A DNA stretch of 64,000 nucleotides. Source: a bacterium. GTDB lineage: Bacteria > UBA8248. Below are positions 58,225 to 64,000 of the stretch, piece after piece (the first letter of the stretch is position 1; each line of letters starts with the position of its first letter). Location of the stretch: positions 1,504,001-1,568,000 of the forward strand of contig CBDBZY010000064.1 in NCBI GenBank assembly GCA_965213685.1, in the 5' to 3' direction. Both the position numbers and the translations under genes were made by a program. A model generated the notes under the pieces. That model did no database searches. It was not told the origin of the DNA and saw nothing but the letters and a program-made list of their open reading frames with translations.

Positions 58225-58862
58225 TTGGCTGGTGACCAATCAAACTGTACATTGCATGTACTTGTAGTTTTGTAATTATGTATAGGTAATGCGCTGTTAC
58301 TACTCGTTCAAGTGTCTTACTTTGTGGTTCACTTTTGTTTTGTAAGTTAAGTTTTAGTTCAAATTTGTAATTCTCTTCATGGAGTGTTCATTGCCACTAG
58401 GTATGCATAACACACAGTGTAGCACAGCGTAGTTTCCTATATACTCATGCACATTTTGTACTATTGTGCCTGAGACAGGAATAAGCTAGAAGAATGTCCA
58501 GCTATCACCATTTTTTGGTGACTCATTCTTCCTTGTATATCTGCAAGACATCCATGTAGTTTGTTCATCATGTGCCATATGTACATGTACATGTTGGATA
58601 ATGGCCTAACGTGGATAATACTGTACATGGTATACACACCCTGGACCTGTATGTCATTGAAGGAGTTACATGTACCTATCTTACAACCCGAATGGAAATG
58701 CATACATGTGATATGTACATTGTAATTTACACCCCCAAGCTTGTTCAGCCATGCATTATACAAAGATATCAAATCACAGCCATCTGAAACTACAATCAAG
58801 GAATTAACTTTTAGCAAAATATGAACAAAATATCCTAATCAGAGTTGTGTAGTACTGGTACT

Positions 58863-61090
58863 TCAATCGCTACACAATGTCTGCTGAAGCTGCTCTGCTA
58901 GCCAATCTTTCTCACTGTCCCTCAGTACTTCTATGAGCTTTCTCCAGGTAGTAGGCCGTACCCCATTCCCTGCAAGCCAGTGGACCATCATTGCTTGGCA
59001 GCATCCTAGAGAATTCTGCTGCCCATTTTGAGATTCTATAAAAGCCAGCTGAGTTCCTCCGGCGTCAAAATCCAACAGTGCTCCAACAATTCTCCAGAAG
59101 GGAGCAACAGACTTTAGCACCTCAATTTGGTCCCCAGCTTTATTCTTGATCATAGTAAGTTGTTTGAGTGTTGGCTTGCAGTCTGAAAACCGGAAAGCAA
59201 TATATGCCGGTACATACACTTTGTGTACAGAGCTCCTCCTCCCCCTTACCCCTGTCCTCCACAAAAACAAACAAAAACCAGGAGAGTAGTTGTGGTCTAT
59301 CACAAGTATAAGCACAAGGTGACCTCTTGCCAAATGTTTCCTTCAAAAATGAAAAGGAGGCAGCACTACTACAGAAACTACAGGTACATGTATGTGTACG
59401 GATGACAGCATCAGGGCAGGCAAAGATCAAAGCGACCCCATCTGTACCTAATTGTGCGAGCAGGAGCGAGCCCACCTAGTTGTAGCACTGGAGCGGATTT
59501 CTATATTTCCATATATACATGTACATCTATAGATACATGGTTCAATCCCGGGTGGCTGCTGGTTTCACAGTTCTCTAAAACTATTCCCAAGCCTTTTCTC
59601 ACGTATGTCATCCAGCAATGCCACCTTTTGGTCCCCGCGGACCCCCATGCTACGTGCAAATGTAAAGCTGGCTGGATCACATCCGGTTGCTTGGTAAAAC
59701 AGGACTGCCGGAGTGAATTGGACCTCTCTACGTGTTACAAGAAGGCTTTGGACAGTGTATTGCGACTCACAATTCGGAGTACCCCTGTCCTTTACCTCGT
59801 CAACGCTCAGAGCACAGCTACCGTTCGTTGCATTGTTACACACGGCAAGGGTAAGCTAGCTTGCAGCCCACTCTAGGGACTCGTTTACTGGTCATGTGAC
59901 AAGGCAGGACTAGGGCTAGACCAGACTGCGACTAGCTTGTGGACATCGTATGAAGTTGTTGTACCTCAGAAGCTGTTTACTACATCTATGCTTCCAACAG
60001 GCTGAGAAAGTGACTTGGCTGTTGGTGTACATGCAGTGTGTTCATGCATCACTTTAGAGCGAAGCAGGCAATTTCTCCGTAACCATGGACATTAACTTTG
60101 TCTCTAAGAGGCCAGTCTGAAGGGTTGTACATTACACCTAGTAATTCAACATTGTACTTCGGCTGCTCTTGGAAATATTACTACTTTCATAAGATCTTCT
60201 ATCCATGTACATGTATATAGTGCATGAACCATAATTATCAAACTTATCATTCAAGATAACATCTGATTATTGCAGCTAGCTCGCTCCCACTCGCCCACAA
60301 TGCTCGGCATTCTACTAGTATGTGTGATTGTGTTGTACAATAGTACAGCACAAGATAAGGCTACCTATGGAGACTTTATCCAACTCTTCCAAACATGCAG
60401 TAACCTTTGTCACCACATTGCAATGGTGTGTGTAATTAATACGCAAGGTTTTACAAGGCCAAACACCATGAGGCCAGGATTTGTATGAGTAGAAAGCATC
60501 TATAACCAGAGCTGGAATGGATGGCTAGGGACCTAGAATGTGAACATTCAAGAGTTTAGAAGGCTGCACTATATGCATGTTGGCTTTTCTTACACATATA
60601 ACAAAATACACAAATTAATACATCAGCACACTTACCCAGTGGGTGAACTGCTTCAGCTTGAGGGTGTGAGGGATCTGTTGAAGAAACTGGTGATGCTACA
60701 CTGGTTCTTTCTGTAAAGGTAAGTAAGGACACTGCAATATAACTGAGCTATGCCATTCAGTATGTGTCTACTAACCTAACAAGTAAGTGGGAATTTTCTG
60801 GGCTATCACTTTAGCCAGCCCCCGGTAGTTTCCTCCAGCCTTGTGCTCCACTGAGTCCACCAGAACCTGCCATGTCCTAGGCAAAAGAGTCACTCCCTCT
60901 ATCCAGAGTTTGAGCATGGCTGTCTCACGTTCTGCAACACTCTGGTAGTCTGGGCTGACTCTGATGGCCTCCAGACCAGCCACAGGCACTCCCATCGCTA
61001 CTCCCATCTGGTACCATCGAGCGGCTACTCTGTTTCCCAAGAGTTGACGGATGTAGGCCAGAATGCTTCCTGTATCTTGGTCTGAGTGGG
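58863..61090 (-). CDS. Death-fold gene D: death domain C + linker + death domain A; 5' exons not identified
   Basis: Phase-1 exons at 61090-60776 (VAARWYQMGVAMGVP..MLKLW..TWQVLVDSV), 60710-60636 and 59182-58863 (DCKPTLKQL..FWRIVGALL..CCQAMMVHW..TTWRKLIEVL*). Confidence 0.83.
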
Positions 61091-61307
61091 CTGCAGTGAA
61101 AAAGGTTCACAAATTCTGTACATGTTGTGAATGAAAACATGCAGATACATGTACATGTACACAATTATACAAGGAAGGGATCTTTCCTTTCTTGTTATAT
61201 CAGACAAAAGTATGCTAGCATCCCATACACCATCATGTGAAAACAGTGTATACAACTGTATGTAAGTACTCAAGAATTAGGTATCACATTGCTTCTGATG
61301 TGTATAG

Positions 61308-61470
61308 TTAATAGCACGGTTGAGAGTGCAATATGGGGATTAATAGCACGAGTAACTGGCACTGGTAAGGCGTGAAATTGCACGAGGTGAAGCCGAGTGC
61401 TATTTGCATTACCAGTGCCAGTTACGAGTGCTATTAATCCCATATTGCACTCTCAACTGCGCCATTAATT
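61308..61470. mobile_element. Palindromic MITE-like hairpin
   Basis: GTTGAGAGTGCAATATGGGGATTAATAGCAC...GTGCTATTAATCCCATATTGCACTCTCAAC. Confidence 0.7.
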
Positions 61471-61644
61471 GTTAGTTGTACGATGTACATAGTTTCTATG
61501 AGCAGTGCAAGATCAGCCTTAGCAACGTGCAATATCACCCCTAGTAACGTGCAATATTGCACTCCGTTTGTACAGTTGCTCCCATAGAGAATATAGACAT
61601 CGTATGATTAAGATATCTAATGGTCCTATATTCATCAGTAATAG

Positions 61645-62040
61645 CCATGGTACTAGAGGTGTAGTGGGCCATATGGATACTAGCCCTGAGAGGGAAGTAA
61701 CCAGAGTACTTGTGATTTTGACAATGAAAGGGTTGGTCTGAAAGCAATTCAATCAAGCCCATACCATGCTACATTCCTCGCACTGTGCCTTTGTCGAAAT
61801 ATGAAGTTGTGTTTCTGGCAAAGGGGAAACGAGGTTCTGAAATTACCTGTTTGCAGTTCCCACTGACATAAGTGTGGGCTACCACTATACACAAGGTTCA
61901 AGGTCTCTCACTGGACAAAATAGTTATAGATATGAAAGGTGGTTGGTTTAGCCCTGGTTAAGCCTCTGTGGCATTCAGTCGTGTCCAAACCCTAGCAGGA
62001 CTGCATATACTGAAATTCAATGCCAAAGCCATTGAGACTA
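61645..62040 (+). mobile_element. PIF1-type helicase remnant (Helitron-like)
   Basis: LQFPLT*VWATTIHKVQGLSLDKIVID..FSPG*ASVAFSRV..L.GL, which corresponds to SF1B helicase motifs V/VI with stop codons. Confidence 0.82.
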
Positions 62041-62454
62041 ACTGTTGCATTCATTTGTCTACCTGTCGGAACTCTAGTTCCCAGACCAAACGCTGGACAC
62101 GAAAAGAAGACTTACTAATGTGTGTCACGAAGCAAACCACTAACTGGGAGTGCTGTCCGCGAGAAGTCAGCTTTTGTCCTCAACAGTTAACTACATGTAG
62201 GAGGGCAGCCTGCGATCTCTCATTGTGTAGTGTGTAAATTAAAACTGTCAGTATTTTTTGTCAATTGTTGTAGATTGCTGTAAGCTTGTAGCAGAGGTGT
62301 ACCCGGGGGGGTTCGAGGGGGTTCGTATGAGTCCCCTTAAATTGTTGAACAGCTGATCTTTTTGAATTCTCCACATTTAGCGTAGGTTTTGTCATCACGC
62401 ATTCTTTATATTATATGACTATTTTCATACCTAGAGTGCGAGACTTAAACAGGA

Positions 62455-62800
62455 ATGGCACAAAGAAGGAAGTATGATGAGATAGACCACATTGATGAGC
62501 TTCACAAGCCCATGTCCAGCATGAGAATGCACGGTGCCATAGTAGCTCTCCCACCAGTCAAAAAGGGATGCAAGTCAATCTCTTTTGAAGGAACATTAGC
62601 AGATAAAACTTCCAAGGTAGAAATAAGTTATGGGGAAGGTTATGAGGTCATGCTGAAGACTACCACACACATCAAAGAATCACCTAAGAAGATTGTTCAT
62701 TAAAAGCTGAAATGTCTACAGCTCCCACCACAATAACACTTGACAGTTTGCCTGATCTTGAGAAGGTGACTGTTAGGATTAAAATTGTCTTTGCAAGGGA
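62455..62800 (+). pseudogene. Degenerate OB-fold-like fragment, probably transposon-derived
   Basis: MHGAIVALPPVKKG..SFEGTLADKTSK resembles an RPA-type OB fold. It is truncated and lies near the helicase remnant. Confidence 0.4.
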
Positions 62801-63257
62801 AACATCGAAGCAAAACTTATCCTGATGTACAGTGACAATGAAGCACAAAGAAGATAACCCAAGTTAGTGCCTTTGGACAAATAATTCGTGAAGTTGCTGG
62901 GAGTATGCTGCTGCTCATCTTTAATCACTTTGATTGATTCATTATACCATATTGACAGACCTTTTACTACATTGTCTACCTTCATTCATGACTATTCTGA
63001 TTTGTTCTGTATTATATGTACCAGGTACAAACATGATACAGACTCATTTGTTACCAAACAATATAAGGTTTGCATGGTGTGAGTGTGTGCGTGGTGCCTC
63101 ACGAATAACGTGGTGGCCACCGAGGGTTTAGCACTTCCATTGCTCTTACATTCTGTAAGTGACCAATCCCATATACATGTACATGCACAAAGAAAGTGTA
63201 TACATGAGGTTGAGCATAGTACTGTACCAATATACATGTATGTACTTGTGTCTACAG

Positions 63258-63610
63258 GTCATATGCAGATTTGGTAGTCCAGACATTCTGATCACAGACC
63301 AAGGAAGGGAGTTTTTAAATGACTTGTCCACAGAGCTACATTCTATCACAAAAACTGATTACAGAATTACCAGTGCCTATCATCCACAGGTACATGTATA
63401 TGGTAGAACATACAACTACAAGAACAAAGTAGTCTACATTTTCCTTTTGTGTGTATCATAATTGATTGATATTAAATCCATGTGCTTTTTAATCACTGAT
63501 GACCTACATGTACTTTACACGTAGACAAATGGACTCACAGAGTGGTTCAATCAAACCCTGTGTCAATGCCTTGCTAAAGTATGCAATGAAGAGCACAATA
63601 ACTGGACACT
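63258..63610 (+). mobile_element. Intron-interrupted DDE integrase remnant (Ginger/GIN-like)
   Basis: Exon 63258-63389 reads CRFGSPDILITDQGREF..ITSAYHPQ, then a GT..AG intron, then from 63525 TNGLTEWFNQTLCQCL..EEHNNW. Confidence 0.82.
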
Positions 63611-64000
63611 GTTATATAAGATACATGTACATGTATATGACAGTATGCCACCTAAATCCACTCTTTACATAGAACCACTCAAGCTGGGCAGCAAGGGAAG
63701 TGGTGACTCAGTACTTGCTCACATGCACGTTACTTACCTTGCCGTATATACAGTTTACCAGTACATACTTACATGCACAGGCCTTGCCACCAGATTATTG
63801 CTCAGGGCTAGGCTCCACCCCAACTGCTACTGCGCATGAGCAGAATGTGTGGCACTCGGAGACTAAGTCGAAAGTATGTCCAAAAAATATTAGCCAGGGC
63901 CGGGTCTCGAAGCCGGGGATGAGTCCGACTCTCCTGCTGTGGGTATGCTCCCTTCCCTGCCCCTCCTTGACCCTGGCACATCCGCCACGTGTGGCCTAGA

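Noticed and set aside
59448-59500. Extra linker exon in gene D
   Set aside because: The candidate acceptors give lengths of 28, 40 or 53 nt, which break the frame, while direct 60636-to-59182 splicing stays in frame.

Overview
Intron-rich animal genomic DNA. A demosponge origin is my inference from the short introns packed with TACATG runs, the CpG-depleted gene bodies and the expanded death-fold genes. Left part: the 3' portion of SDAD1 (+), then a ~12-13 kb tandem segmental duplication (~7137-20030 and ~25499-37049). The duplication carries the last two SDAD1 exons and a 5-exon carbohydrate sulfotransferase gene (-). Copy 1 of the sulfotransferase looks damaged and copy 2 looks intact, and the junction between the copies is filled with transposons. 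Middle: an intronless protein of six ~50-aa repeats (probable beta-propeller) transcribed divergently from the intact sulfotransferase. Right part, the main finding: four minus-strand genes built only from death-fold modules (CARD-like, DD-A, DD-B, DD-C, DD-D). Each module sits on its own exon joined in phase 1, and the modules are combined as CARD+A, CARD+B, D+C+B and C+A. A Kelch-repeat gene (+) lies inside the cluster, with an intron-containing KDZ/Zisupton-type transposon in one of its introns. Other mobile elements include Penelope-like, LINE, CRE-like, Gypsy, Helitron-type, Ginger-like and pogo remnants, many MITEs with readable target-site duplications, and two families of tRNA-derived repeats. 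All exon boundaries were read by hand and no database search was run.
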